Shown one piece after another: positions 40,106 through 50,564 of a stretch of 64,000 nt of DNA. The stretch covers positions 7,722 to 71,721 of the forward strand of contig JANNVK010000070.1 in assembly GCA_031414415.1 (NCBI GenBank). Direction: 5' to 3'. The DNA is from Acidobacteriota bacterium (lineage in GTDB: Bacteria > Acidobacteriota > Blastocatellia > Pyrinomonadales > Pyrinomonadaceae). The notes under the pieces are model-generated. The model was not told the DNA's origin. It ran no database searches and saw only the letters and a list, made by a program, of their open reading frames with translations. Both the position numbers and the translations under genes were made by a program. The stretch's first letter is position 1. Every line of letters begins with the position of its first letter.

Positions 40106-41152
40106 ATGAGTTTATTTCACAATTTTAGGGCTGTCGCCGTGGCAGTTTCGATCGTATTATTTTCTTGCCTGAGCTTAATAACCCAAACAATTTCAGCACA
40201 AACAACAACCGCAGATTCAAAAATTGCATTACAACGCGGCTATCGCACCGGATATTCTGACGGATATATGTCCGGCTATCGTGATGTTTCAGAAAATGCG
40301 GCTCGAAATTTCGAAAAACACCGCGAATATTCAAAAGCAGACCGTGCATTTACGCCAAATTACGGTTCGCTTGAAGATTATCGCGATGGTTATCAACAAG
40401 GATTTGAAAACGGTTACAATACAGGTTTCGAAAAACGCAGTTTCGATGCTTTGTTGCCGACAAATTTATCAAAACGTGGTGCAACGTCAATGCCAATCGG
40501 CACTTCAACGTCTGCTTCGTCGTCTTTGCCAAAGAAACCGACAACAACATCTAATCCAAAATTAACAACCAAAACAAACGCTCCAATCGCATCGCAACCG
40601 AGTGGCGAGCCGATTATTTTGATTCCAACTGATACTGAGTTGATAATCGAATTAACGAGTGAAATCAACACTTTAACCGCAAAAGCTGGCGACAAATTTA
40701 CGGCAAAAATAGTTTCACCATACGAAATTACTGGTGCTTTAATTGATGGTCATATTGTTAAAGTAACACAGCCTGGAAGATTAAAACGGCGTGCCGGAAT
40801 CCAATTTTCGTTTGACCAAATTCGCTTAAGTGAAACTCGTTGGAGTAATTTTAATGCCATTTTGACTGAAGTAATTCCTGAAAAAGACAACAATGTCAAA
40901 GAAGTTGACGTTGAAGGAAATGCCAAAGGCAAAGGAACGCTCAAAAAAGACGGCATTACAGTCGGCGGTGCAACCGGAGCCGGATTGTTAGTCGGTGCAG
41001 TTGTTGGCGGACCAGTTGGTGCAGCTGTCGGTGCGGGAGTTGGTGCAGCTTTTGGCGTTGGTGCAATTGTTATCGAACGCGGGAAGCAAATAAAACTGAC
41101 AAACGGACAGCAATTAAGAATTAAGACAGGTTACGAAGTTCAGATTCGTTAA
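40106..41152 (+). CDS. Hypothetical exported protein with GY-rich N-terminal repeats and a C-terminal glycine zipper
   Basis: Signal peptide, YRTGYSDGYMSGY / YRDGYQQGFENGYNTGF repeats, and GGATGAGLLVGAVVGGPVGAAVGAGVGAAFGVGAIV. SD sequence AAGGAG upstream. Confidence 0.6.
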   Translation: MSLFHNFRAVAVAVSIVLFSCLSLITQTISAQTTTADSKIALQRGYRTGYSDGYMSGYRDVSENAARNFEKHREYSKADRAFTPNYGSLEDYRDGYQQGFENGYNTGFEKRSFDALLPTNLSKRGATSMPIGTSTSASSSLPKKPTTTSNPKLTTKTNAPIASQPSGEPIILIPTDTELIIELTSEINTLTAKAGDKFTAKIVSPYEITGALIDGHIVKVTQPGRLKRRAGIQFSFDQIRLSETRWSNFNAILTEVIPEKDNNVKEVDVEGNAKGKGTLKKDGITVGGATGAGLLVGAVVGGPVGAAVGAGVGAAFGVGAIVIERGKQIKLTNGQQLRIKTGYEVQIR

Positions 41153-41173
41153 TTTCATCTAATAAAACTAACA

Positions 41174-41217
41174 AATCGCAAAATTCGCCAATATTTGGTG
41201 AGTTTTGCGATTTTTTA
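41174..41217 (+). terminator. Rho-independent terminator
   Basis: AATCGCAAAA ... TTTTGCGATT: a 10-bp stem followed by a T-run, lying between convergent genes. Confidence 0.7.
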
Positions 41218-41229
41218 TTGTCCAATTTT

Positions 41230-43467
41230 TTAGCTGCCAACAACGCTTAAATCAGTTTTGTTCAGATATTTAATCATTGAGATGCTCGTTCCATCGTCAA
41301 CTTGCTCGAAGATTACTTCATCCATTAAAGATTTCATCAGTTTTAAACCCCAACCTCTGCGACCTTCATTTGGTTCAATTTTTTTAGTTTTTGAACTAGG
41401 CATTTTCACGCCGCGGTTAGAAACTTTGATTATTATTTTATCGTCTTCAATGGTAAATTTTTGGTGAATTTTACGATCTGGACTAAATGAATGTTCGGTT
41501 GCATTGATACAAGCCTCAACCAACGCCGTTTTTATTTGATTTATTGCCTTAGTTGAAAAGTTGTGTCGCTTGGCAATTTCTTCAATTGCGTGTGCGGCAA
41601 TTAATTCTGTATCATCGCCCATCGGCACAATCATTTCATATTCATTCGGCTTAAGTCGTGGTTTTACAATGCTTTCCGCATCAAGTATTGACACCAAAAG
41701 TTCGATTTGTTTGCGACTCGAACCGTAAGCGTTTCGTTCGCGTAGAACATCGCTCGCATCTTCAGAAAAACCTTCGGGCGTAATTAACCAAATTTTATAA
41801 TTAGAAAAGTTACACATTATTGCTGCAATTTCAAGGCGATCACACCAAAACTCGGTCAATTCTTTCGTTGCTTCAAGTTTCGAATCAACTTCAGCAACTA
41901 ACCAAACAACCTCGTTTTCATCCAAATATGTTCCGTAATCAAACCCAAGTGCGACTGAACAACGTTCGTTATCAGAGATTTGCTGAATCTGCGGATAAAA
42001 AGCCACGCAATTTGCAGTATAAACAATCTGAGGCAATTTCAATTTGTCGCTATCTTTAAGCATTTGAACAATTTCTGTGTCTTCATAACCTTTCAAATTA
42101 GTTTTAAAACTAGCATAATCGAACAAATCTTTGGGCAATTCTTGACAATTAAATATGGCTAAAAGCTCACGCAAACCAAGTGCAGAAGTTTTGCGATAAA
42201 AACTTGCCATTGTTAAAGGTGCTTTTTTCAAACTTTCGGAAAGAAATTCGGCAACGACTAAGGCTCTCGGTTCTGAAAGAATTTCGAGCCGAAAACGGAG
42301 TTTTATGTAATCAGCAACAACATCAGAATTATCTTTAACTTCAATGATTGTTTTATTTAGAAGAATAATTTCATAAGTATTTAATGCTCGAATAATTCTT
42401 GAAAATTCAATATCTGAAACATTTAAACGCCGCCGCCAGACTTCAATTTCAGTCTTGCTAACTGTTGCAGTTAAAGAATCATAGAGCAAGCAAATTATTT
42501 GTCTTTGAGTTTGCTGATTCGGCGAAATTTCATCAAAAATTGTGTCGTAAATATTGCCGAGTTTTCCGCCAAATAATTCATTAATGTAAATTTTTTCAAG
42601 TTTCTGGAATGAATCCAAATTTTCGCCCGCATCTCTCGCCGAGCTTAAAATAGAATTAATGAAAAGCGAATTTCCGGCGAACTGATGAACAATCAAATCA
42701 CGGGTTTGGTCGTTAAGTTTGACATCAAATTCTTTAGCTAAACCTTCAATCAATAATGTCGAATCAGAAACCGTAAGTCGTTCTAATCTCAGCACTTCAA
42801 TATTTGTCAGTTTAGTATTTCCGCTTTGCGTAGCGTTTAAAATAAACCGTCTTTTGCCTGAAAGAATAAATTGAATCTCAGCTCGAGAAAGAATTTCTTT
42901 CAGTTCTTCAATCAGCGAAACTTCGCCGATAAGATTTTCAGCAAGATGCAGATTGTCGATAATAACTATCGATTTTGCACCGTGAGCTGCCGCACGAAGC
43001 GGTGAACTCAGACAATTTCGGACAAATGAACGCTCGTCTTCGAGTTTGCTTTCAGTCTCACAAGAATCTACCAGACGATCAATCCAAGGAGCATCTGCTG
43101 GAATTGCTTTTTGGGCAATTTCGCAAATTTCAGGCGAAGAACTTATGAGCGATGAATCGTTACGTCTAAATGCAACTACTTGCAATAAATAGGTTTGGAG
43201 AAAACTTCGAGCCGCTTGAACAGCAGTTTTATGGATAGGATTAAAGGCAAAATAAATTGGGATTACATCGCCTTGGGTTTGAAATATCTTGTCATAAACC
43301 TGTTGCAAAAGTTCGCTACAACCTTCGCCTAAAGCAGATAAAACAAGTAAACCGCGAATCTCTTTATCTAATTTAGCGTGTTTTAAAATTTGCTCAAGTT
43401 CAATGTCCCGACCAACAAAGTGTTCAGCAGAAACTCGCGACAATATTTTTTTTTGTTCTAAATTCAT
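41230..43467 (-). CDS. AAA_16/STAND-like domain with degenerate P-loop fused to a C-terminal RsbW/SpoIIAB-type HATPase_c serine-kinase domain
   Basis: The ATG at 43467 (MNLEQKK) is followed by HFVGRDIELEQILKHAK. The Walker-A position reads LSALGEGCSELL (Lys replaced by Cys) and the Walker-B-like segment reads IVIIDNLHLAE. The C-terminus has the N-box LVEACINATEHS and the G2-box GRRGWGLKLM. Confidence 0.65.
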   Translation of the reverse strand: MNLEQKKILSRVSAEHFVGRDIELEQILKHAKLDKEIRGLLVLSALGEGCSELLQQVYDKIFQTQGDVIPIYFAFNPIHKTAVQAARSFLQTYLLQVVAFRRNDSSLISSSPEICEIAQKAIPADAPWIDRLVDSCETESKLEDERSFVRNCLSSPLRAAAHGAKSIVIIDNLHLAENLIGEVSLIEELKEILSRAEIQFILSGKRRFILNATQSGNTKLTNIEVLRLERLTVSDSTLLIEGLAKEFDVKLNDQTRDLIVHQFAGNSLFINSILSSARDAGENLDSFQKLEKIYINELFGGKLGNIYDTIFDEISPNQQTQRQIICLLYDSLTATVSKTEIEVWRRRLNVSDIEFSRIIRALNTYEIILLNKTIIEVKDNSDVVADYIKLRFRLEILSEPRALVVAEFLSESLKKAPLTMASFYRKTSALGLRELLAIFNCQELPKDLFDYASFKTNLKGYEDTEIVQMLKDSDKLKLPQIVYTANCVAFYPQIQQISDNERCSVALGFDYGTYLDENEVVWLVAEVDSKLEATKELTEFWCDRLEIAAIMCNFSNYKIWLITPEGFSEDASDVLRERNAYGSSRKQIELLVSILDAESIVKPRLKPNEYEMIVPMGDDTELIAAHAIEEIAKRHNFSTKAINQIKTALVEACINATEHSFSPDRKIHQKFTIEDDKIIIKVSNRGVKMPSSKTKKIEPNEGRRGWGLKLMKSLMDEVIFEQVDDGTSISMIKYLNKTDLSVVGS

Positions 43468-43497
43468 TGAATTAAATACAAACAACCAATTCGCAGT

Positions 43498-45531
43498 TTA
43501 TTTCACAACTAATTCGTCAAATTCTTCGAAAATCATCACCATATTTCGTCCATTTCCTTTCGCTTGATACAGTGCTTTATCTGCCGCAACAATCAAATCT
43601 TGCGGAGTTCGCAAAGTTGCCGTACAAACCGCAACTCCAATGCTGATAGTGACTTGCCGATTTGGAAAAGTAGTATTTTCGACTCTTAATCTTATTCTTT
43701 CTGCAATAATTTGAGCCTCAATAAATGTAGTTTGTGGAAGAAGAATAGAAAATTCTTCGCCACCAAATCTTGCAGCAATATCCGCTCCGCGAAGCGTTTC
43801 TTTCAAACATTGAGCAACTAATTTAAGTGCTTTGTCGCCTTCTGCGTGTCCAAACGAATCGTTATAAGACTTAAATTTATCGACATCAACCATCAAAAAA
43901 GCCATCGGAAATCCGTGTCTTTGTGAACGAATTATTTCTTCATTGAGACGAATTTCAAGATAACGACGATTAACCAAACCAGTTAGAGCGTCGGTAATAG
44001 AAAGTTGTTGATATTCGCCAGCTTTGTTTTTTAAAGCCGTTCGGTCAAGTGCAACAGCGAGTTGCGGGACAATTGTATCAAGTAATTCAAGGTCAAGTTC
44101 GTTGTAAATTCCACCGCCAATTTTGTCAGTAACATTTAAAACTCCAACTTTCCTTGCCCCAATTGTTATCGGATAACTGATAAATGATTTCGATTTATAA
44201 AGCCAATCAGTTGGTGCCGGCTCAACTTCAATGCTTCTTATGTCTTTTACCAACAATGGTTTACCGCTTTCCAAAACAGTATGAGCAATTCGTTTACCAA
44301 CACTGCCACGCCAAGATTCTGAGTCGCTTCCTATCGCAACTTTGACTTCTAAGTTCTCGCCAGATTCGTCTAAAACTAACAGCGAACTTCTTTCTGCACG
44401 TAGCAATTCGGCACAAGTTTGAGCAAGTAAAGACCAAAAATCTTCGCTGTCTATTCTCTCCAAACCTCGACTGAATTTTTGGACGGCGTTTGATAACCAC
44501 GATTGTTTTTCAACCTGTTCGCGAAGTCGCAAAATCTCAAGTGGCGATGCCAGATTTTTGCAAAACTGTAAAATTTGACGCTTTTGTTTTTCGTCAACTT
44601 TTTCGCCAACCGCAATTGTTGCTCTCACTTCATCGCCGATAAAAATTGGAAATAACTGAAAGGATTTGTCTTCTGAGTTATTTTCGGACTTAAATTTTAC
44701 TTCAAATGATGTTTTAGGTTTTGAAGCTTCAGAAAACATTTGAATATTCAAATCAAACTCGTTTTGTGACAAATCTTCGCGAAATTTTCCGGCAGCAATT
44801 GCAATTTCTAGTTTATCTGTTTTTTTCTCAAGCCATGCCAACGAAGAAAAATGATGATGCTTGCTTAAAAATTGTAATGAAGAAGTGCAAGCATCGCGGT
44901 AGTTTTTGCTCAAAAGTGAGCCAAAAAACGCACGATATGCCGCAAATTCGTCTGCATCCTCTGTGTTTGCTTCATTTACAACTTTGTCAATTTTTTCGCT
45001 GACAACAATTTCATCTTTTGTTTCCGGTTCTTTCAACCAAAGAAGTTCTTGCAACTCATCATCGTCTAGCTTTTCGAGTTTCTGTGAAAGTTTTATCTCT
45101 TCATTTAATGAACCAGAAAGCAAAGCGTTATCAAAAAGAGTTTCAGATGAAAACTGTTGCCAATCGCCGGAAATTGCTCTATTTGTCGCTATTTTATAAT
45201 CTTCTGATTTACGAAATGTTCTGCCAATAATTGCAACAAAATTTTCGCTTGGAAGTTGAACTGCTGTGTAACTTAAACCTGCATGGCACTGAAAAGAGAC
45301 TGATTTTTTTGCACTTTTTACGTGATTAAATGCCTCGCCGCAGAACGATTGGCAAAGCGGCGAATATCGTTCGGAATTTTGCAAACTTTTACATATCGAG
45401 TTGTTGTTTGATTCTGAAACAACAGTCGATTCTTCACCTTCGACAATCACAATAGCTAATCCGCTTTCGTTTGCCAAAGTTTCTTCTAAAACTTTCCATG
45501 AAGAATTTTTACTGAGTTGTTTCGTCTGCAT
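43498..45531 (-). CDS. PocR-like sensor / GAF / GGDEF diguanylate cyclase
   Basis: The N-terminal Cys-rich segment (..CKSLQNSERYSPLCQSFCGEAF..FQCHAGL) is PocR-like. A GAF-like middle is followed by a C-terminal GGDEF domain with RFGGEEF and DALTGL. Confidence 0.85.
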   Translation of the reverse strand: MQTKQLSKNSSWKVLEETLANESGLAIVIVEGEESTVVSESNNNSICKSLQNSERYSPLCQSFCGEAFNHVKSAKKSVSFQCHAGLSYTAVQLPSENFVAIIGRTFRKSEDYKIATNRAISGDWQQFSSETLFDNALLSGSLNEEIKLSQKLEKLDDDELQELLWLKEPETKDEIVVSEKIDKVVNEANTEDADEFAAYRAFFGSLLSKNYRDACTSSLQFLSKHHHFSSLAWLEKKTDKLEIAIAAGKFREDLSQNEFDLNIQMFSEASKPKTSFEVKFKSENNSEDKSFQLFPIFIGDEVRATIAVGEKVDEKQKRQILQFCKNLASPLEILRLREQVEKQSWLSNAVQKFSRGLERIDSEDFWSLLAQTCAELLRAERSSLLVLDESGENLEVKVAIGSDSESWRGSVGKRIAHTVLESGKPLLVKDIRSIEVEPAPTDWLYKSKSFISYPITIGARKVGVLNVTDKIGGGIYNELDLELLDTIVPQLAVALDRTALKNKAGEYQQLSITDALTGLVNRRYLEIRLNEEIIRSQRHGFPMAFLMVDVDKFKSYNDSFGHAEGDKALKLVAQCLKETLRGADIAARFGGEEFSILLPQTTFIEAQIIAERIRLRVENTTFPNRQVTISIGVAVCTATLRTPQDLIVAADKALYQAKGNGRNMVMIFEEFDELVVK

Positions 45532-45662
45532 CTTTATCCGTCTTGAAGTTTAAAAAACTAAATTACTCCAACTAGATACGTCCAATTGAGGTCTAATTTC
45601 AATTAAAATTTTATCGTTTTCAAAACTATTTTACAATGATAAACAAACGCTTTTTGTTAAAC

Positions 45663-45693
45663 AAAAAAACGTTGAAGTTTTTCAACCTCAACG
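45663..45693 (-). terminator. Rho-independent terminator after oppF
   Basis: The minus strand reads CGTTGAGGTTGAAAAACTTCAACG followed by TTTTTTT. Confidence 0.7.
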
Positions 45694-45721
45694 CCTTGTT
45701 TTGAGCATCTTTTTCTAAATT

Positions 45722-46717
45722 TTAAAGTGAATCTATTTCAGGTTTTTCAACACTAATTTTCAAGCAGGACGCAAAGTGATTAGGTTTAATTTCAACTAAT
45801 TGCGGCTCTTGTTGAGTGCATTCAGCAGTTGCATATTGGCAACGTGTGTGAAAATGGCAACCTTTTGGTGGATTAATCGGCGAAGGAACATCGCCTTTCA
45901 ATAAAATTCGATTTCTTTTCGCTTCGATTTCGGGGTCTGGAACCGGAACAGCTGAAATCAAGGCTTTTGAATATGGATGAAGCGGTGATTTATAAACTTC
46001 TCTTGCATCGCCAAGTTCAACAATCTTGCCGAGATACATTACCGCAACTCGATCTGAAACGTGACGAATTGCACGTAAGTCATGTGAAATAAAGAGATAA
46101 GTTAGCTTTCGTTCGTCTTGAAGTTTGTTCATCAAGTTCATAATTTGAGCTTGAATCGAAACATCTAACGCGGAAATTGGTTCATCAGCTACGATAAACT
46201 CTGGATCAACCGCCAAAGCTCTCGCGATTCCGATACGTTGGCGTTGACCACCGGAAAATTCATGCGGATAACGATTTATGAATCTGCGACTAAGACCGAC
46301 GGTTTCCATCAAATCCTGCAAATTCTTTTCGAGATTCCCTTTATCAATCCCGAAAGTCCGCATCGGTTCGCCGATAATTTGCCCTACTGTCATTCGCGGA
46401 TTCAAACTCGCATAAGGATCTTGGAAAATCATCTGCAAATTTTTGCGTTGATTCCGCATTTCGCTTTCCGAAAGATTCGCAAGATCTTTGCCATTGTAAA
46501 AAGCCTTGCCGCTCGTTACTTTTGTAAGCCGCAGAATCGCTTTTCCGAGCGTTGACTTCCCGCAACCGCTTTCGCCGACGAGTCCGAGCGTTTCACCTTT
46601 TTTTATGGTTAGATCAACACCATCGACCGCTTTTACAAATTTCCTACGCTTAAACAAACCGCCGCCAGTTTTGTAATGCACTTTAAAATTTTCCAATGAA
46701 ATTAGATTTTCGCTCAT
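45722..46717 (-). CDS. oppF: Oligopeptide/dipeptide ABC transporter ATP-binding protein
   Basis: GESGCGKST Walker A, LSGGQ-like FSGGQRQR, IVADEP Walker B, and a C-terminal oligopeptide-transporter Cys-rich extension. Confidence 0.9.
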   Translation of the reverse strand: MSENLISLENFKVHYKTGGGLFKRRKFVKAVDGVDLTIKKGETLGLVGESGCGKSTLGKAILRLTKVTSGKAFYNGKDLANLSESEMRNQRKNLQMIFQDPYASLNPRMTVGQIIGEPMRTFGIDKGNLEKNLQDLMETVGLSRRFINRYPHEFSGGQRQRIGIARALAVDPEFIVADEPISALDVSIQAQIMNLMNKLQDERKLTYLFISHDLRAIRHVSDRVAVMYLGKIVELGDAREVYKSPLHPYSKALISAVPVPDPEIEAKRNRILLKGDVPSPINPPKGCHFHTRCQYATAECTQQEPQLVEIKPNHFASCLKISVEKPEIDSL

Positions 46718-47421
46718 TTTTTTTGTTTTAAACTGTCTAATTGCGATTTTAAATCAGCATTTTCTTTTTCAAGTATAAGTTGTCTGGAATCTAATACTTG
46801 TTGTCTTACTTTCATTTCTTCTTGGGTCAACAAAAATTCATTAGTTTCAACACAAAACAAACGTAAAGTCTCGCCTGTATCAACCAACTCTAAACCTAAA
46901 CTTGGGCTAAAAACGCGATTATTATCTGTTTCAACTTCTTCATAAACAAAATCAACCAACCTAAACGCCATCAAAGGTTTTCGTAAACATTTATATTCAA
47001 CATCGAAAATATAATATTCACTGACACCAAGTCTCTGGTACAAAGCTAGTTTTACCGTCAAATCTTTGTCCCAAGTCGAATCAGAAGCAAGTTCTATCAC
47101 CACGCTTGGGACAACTTTTTGCTCCCAAAGTTTGTAAACACGTCTTGGTATTTCTTTTAAACCAAAGCAGACCATTAAGTCAGGCGAAATAACCTTTTTG
47201 TTATTGCCTTCCTCAAAATAGAACATTAAATTACCAAAGAGACTTACCTCATCACGGTTCGAAAAAAAAGTAAGCAGGCTCGACATCAGGTGAACTCCGA
47301 GCAAATAGTGGATTATTCCTTCAGGCATAATATTTTCATCAGTTTCAGGATAAAAAATCTCCGTTTCGCCTTTAGTTTTTGGCAAAATTCTCAATTCAGA
47401 TGTTTCAATTACTGCATTCAT
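46714..47421 (-). CDS. Uma2-family (DUF820) PD-(D/E)xK-fold endonuclease-like protein with C-terminal coiled coil
   Basis: SPDLMVCF, PSVVIELASDST and LALYQRLGVSEYYIFD motifs. The ATG at 47421 overlaps the oppD stop (ATGA), and its own stop overlaps the oppF ATG (ATGA). Confidence 0.8.
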   Translation of the reverse strand: MNAVIETSELRILPKTKGETEIFYPETDENIMPEGIIHYLLGVHLMSSLLTFFSNRDEVSLFGNLMFYFEEGNNKKVISPDLMVCFGLKEIPRRVYKLWEQKVVPSVVIELASDSTWDKDLTVKLALYQRLGVSEYYIFDVEYKCLRKPLMAFRLVDFVYEEVETDNNRVFSPSLGLELVDTGETLRLFCVETNEFLLTQEEMKVRQQVLDSRQLILEKENADLKSQLDSLKQKK

Positions 47422-48425
47422 AATACTTCCTTTAAAGAACTTTCGTAGGTTTCCTGAGCAAAATGACAAAGCGAACTGTGATTTTCGTTTATCTCAACAA
47501 ACGGCGGATAATCGCTTCGGCAAATATCTTGTGCTTTTTCGCAACGCGGTGCAAACGGGCAACCGGGCGGAAGATGTGCAACATCGGGCGGCAAACCCGG
47601 AATTTGATAAAGCTCGGTTCCGTCTTCGTGTGCCGGATCTGGGACAGATTTTAACAAACCTTTTGTGTATGGATTTGCAGGTGTTTTAAAAAGTTCGTGT
47701 GTCGGAGCCTGTTCGAAAACTTTTCCGGCATACATAACAATAATTTTATCGGTCATTCCAGCAACAACTCCAAGATCGTGCGTAATCAAAATAACTGAAG
47801 TTCCGAGCCGAGTTCGCAAATCTTTAATCAATTCAAGAATTTGAGCTTGAATTGTCACATCAAGTGCGGTCGTTGGTTCATCTGCAATCAGAACTTCGGG
47901 TTCGCAACTTAACGCCATCGCAATCATCACACGTTGCCGCATTCCGCCCGAAAATTCGTGCGGATAACCATCGACGCGGCTTTCAGCATCAGGAATTCCG
48001 ACCATATTGAGCATTTTGATTGCGTGTTCGTAAGCCTGTTTTTTGGTGTGACCAAGATGGAGTTGTGTAACTTCCATCAATTGCTTAGAGATTCGCAAAA
48101 ATGGATTGAGCGAAGTCATCGGATCTTGAAAAATCATCGCGATGCGTTTGCCACGAATTTTTCTCACTTCATCAATCGGAATCGCACGAACATCGATGCC
48201 GTCAAAATTAATTATTCCATCGACAATTTTTCCCGGAGGTTCTTGAATCAAACGCATAATCGACAAATTCGTCACCGATTTTCCGCTTCCAGATTCGCCG
48301 ACAATTCCAAGAGTTTCACCCTTTTTTAGCGTAAACGAAATCCCGTCCACGGCTTTCACAACGCCGTCCTCGGTCGAGAAATACGTTTTTAAGTTGTTGA
48401 CTGTAAGTATGTTAGCGTTGTCCAT
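47418..48425 (-). CDS. oppD: Oligopeptide/dipeptide ABC transporter ATP-binding protein
   Basis: GESGSGKSV Walker A, FSGGMRQR, and [11 protein letters not shown]. Confidence 0.9.
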   Translation of the reverse strand: MDNANILTVNNLKTYFSTEDGVVKAVDGISFTLKKGETLGIVGESGSGKSVTNLSIMRLIQEPPGKIVDGIINFDGIDVRAIPIDEVRKIRGKRIAMIFQDPMTSLNPFLRISKQLMEVTQLHLGHTKKQAYEHAIKMLNMVGIPDAESRVDGYPHEFSGGMRQRVMIAMALSCEPEVLIADEPTTALDVTIQAQILELIKDLRTRLGTSVILITHDLGVVAGMTDKIIVMYAGKVFEQAPTHELFKTPANPYTKGLLKSVPDPAHEDGTELYQIPGLPPDVAHLPPGCPFAPRCEKAQDICRSDYPPFVEINENHSSLCHFAQETYESSLKEVL

Positions 48426-48428
48426 AAT

Positions 48429-49403
48429 TTATCTTGCAACAAAATTGTATGTTACTGTACCACTTATCCTAACCCGTTTTCCGTTTAGTAATGTCGGAGA
48501 GAATTTAGATTGTAAGGCAGCGTTCTCGGCGGAATCACCTAAAACACCTTTTCCGCACTCCGCCTGAGCGAGAACTACATTTCCTTCTACATCCGTAAGT
48601 ATGTTTACAGAAACGCTACCACTTAATCTTTTTTCCTTCGCTTCCGCTGGATAAATTGGTCTCGCCAGCAAAATTGCTTTTCCGTTTACTACTCCAGCAC
48701 TTATTGTTTCTGGCGAATCTTGTTTTCCTAGTTTGCTGAATAACTCTTTTCTTGCGTTTTTATAAAGATCATTTAGTTCTTTTTTTTGATTACAATTTCT
48801 TGTTCTTAGAAATTCAATTCTTAAAACCTCAATACTTCCTCTGTCAAAATATTTCAGAGCTAACTGAGTGTTTTTCAGATAATATTCATCTGCTTTCTCA
48901 GTCTGTTTGTCTTTCGAGTAAGTATTTGCAATGTCTAGTGTTGGAGATACTAATTCCTTACTTTCCTTACCAAATTTTATTTCAGACAATTCTATTACTT
49001 TCAAATAATTAAGAATTGACTCATCATATTTTTTATCCCAAAATTGTGATAAAGCAATATTGTTATATGAATCAATTATTCCATTTCCTTTCAAATTTGG
49101 TATTTTTGAATATATTTCAATACTTTTTTTAAAATTTAAAATTGATTCTGAATACTTCTTTTTTTCACGTTGAATAATACCAAGATTTGAATAACTAACT
49201 GCGGTTTCAGAGTTTTCAATTCCGTAAATTTTTAAACTCAATTCAACTGCTTGATTTGCAAACTTCAGTGCCTCATCTAGTTTATTGTTTTTATATGAAG
49301 ATATTAAATTTTGATTAAGCTCTTTGAGAACTATTTTATCGTCCGTTTGAGCGTAAACAATACCAGTTGCAAGCAAAATGAATAATACTAAAAGTTTTTT
49401 CAT
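48429..49403 (-). CDS. Exported TPR-repeat protein with C-terminal TonB_C-like domain
   Basis: Signal peptide MKKLLVLFILLATGIVYAQ, TPR_12-like repeats, and the C-terminus PIYPAEAKEKRLSGSVSVNILTDVEGNV..NGKRVRISGTVTYNF. Confidence 0.7.
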   Translation of the reverse strand: MKKLLVLFILLATGIVYAQTDDKIVLKELNQNLISSYKNNKLDEALKFANQAVELSLKIYGIENSETAVSYSNLGIIQREKKKYSESILNFKKSIEIYSKIPNLKGNGIIDSYNNIALSQFWDKKYDESILNYLKVIELSEIKFGKESKELVSPTLDIANTYSKDKQTEKADEYYLKNTQLALKYFDRGSIEVLRIEFLRTRNCNQKKELNDLYKNARKELFSKLGKQDSPETISAGVVNGKAILLARPIYPAEAKEKRLSGSVSVNILTDVEGNVVLAQAECGKGVLGDSAENAALQSKFSPTLLNGKRVRISGTVTYNFVAR

Positions 49404-49405
49404 TT

Positions 49406-50071
49406 CTATTTATTCTCCAATAACCAAGTCTGAAAATCAGTCAAAACTTTAAATTGTTCTTCTTTCTGACTTCGATTTAAGAAATTAGTTAGTCCGTCGC
49501 TTGTTAATATCGGCAATGCCAAGCTGTTTTCCGATAAAAGATATTCTCCAGTTTCTGATAGCAAAAATATTCGCATTATTTCGGTGTCGTAAAGCCAAAA
49601 CTCCTTGATTCCAAAAGCTGCATAAATTTCAAATTTATCTTCAGACTTATGACTTTCGTCAATTTCGACAACAATATCAGGCGATGTGTCAGTTTCATCG
49701 TCAAATAATTCTTTTTTAAAGCTCGCAAGATGTGCGTTTTGAACATAATAAGACTCATCTGGTTCTGAGCCTTTGCGTGCTTTTTTGGAAATTAGCGACA
49801 TTGAACCAGCTGGAATTATTTCCTGCCCTAAAACAATCGACATAATTGCCATTAATCTTTCAAGAAAGCGTGAAATATTTTCGTGTTTAAAACCTTGTCC
49901 CATAATTTTTAGAATTCCGCGATTGTAACTGATGTGAAGATTCGTTTTATCTAGTGTTTTTTCGCTCAGTTTCAGATAATCGTCCCAAGTTATGCCATAA
50001 AAAACTCGCGTTTCTGTTGGCAAAACATCGGAAATTAAATCGAATATGTTTGAACTAATTACAGGTTTCAT
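49406..50071 (-). CDS. Uma2-family (DUF820) endonuclease-like protein
   Basis: GSEPDESYYV, SPDIVVEIDESHKS and FEIYAAFGIKEFWLYD motifs. Confidence 0.75.
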   Translation of the reverse strand: MKPVISSNIFDLISDVLPTETRVFYGITWDDYLKLSEKTLDKTNLHISYNRGILKIMGQGFKHENISRFLERLMAIMSIVLGQEIIPAGSMSLISKKARKGSEPDESYYVQNAHLASFKKELFDDETDTSPDIVVEIDESHKSEDKFEIYAAFGIKEFWLYDTEIMRIFLLSETGEYLLSENSLALPILTSDGLTNFLNRSQKEEQFKVLTDFQTWLLENK

Positions 50072-50075
50072 ATTT

Positions 50076-50555
50076 CTATTTACTAACTTTACACTGTTTT
50101 ATTCCAGTTTTTTCATAAATATCAATTCCGGTAACGATTTCCGCTTTCTTCGTTGGCGTGTAATAAAACTCGATACCTTTATATTCTCTGCCGCGATATT
50201 TACTATTTCCGCTACCATAAAGTTTCTCGACTTCTTTGCGTGTGCTAGTGCCGACAACAATTCCGCGAGTGGTTTTTCCCATAAAAGGACGTTTTATTTC
50301 TATCACAAAAACTTTTGGTGTTTTGTCTGATTGGCAAAAATAAAAAGCTAACCCTTTTTCTTTATATGTCATTTGATAAGAATATTTTTTGTTTTTTGTC
50401 CACGTAAATTTTTTACCGAGCTTGTTTTCAACATCTTTTTTCGTCGATTTTCCGACAACAACGCCGTCAACGCCATAACCTTCTTTGACATCTTTTGTTT
50501 GACCAAACGCAGAACTTGCGACCATCAAAATTAACAAAACGAGGATTTTTTTCAT
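50076..50555 (-). CDS. Hypothetical small exported protein
   Basis: Signal peptide MKKILVLLILMVASSAFGQ. It contains an internal duplication (GVVVGKSTKKDVENKLG / GIVVGTSTRKEVEKLYG). Confidence 0.5.
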   Translation of the reverse strand: MKKILVLLILMVASSAFGQTKDVKEGYGVDGVVVGKSTKKDVENKLGKKFTWTKNKKYSYQMTYKEKGLAFYFCQSDKTPKVFVIEIKRPFMGKTTRGIVVGTSTRKEVEKLYGSGNSKYRGREYKGIEFYYTPTKKAEIVTGIDIYEKTGIKQCKVSK

Positions 50556-50564
50556 AAGATTCTC

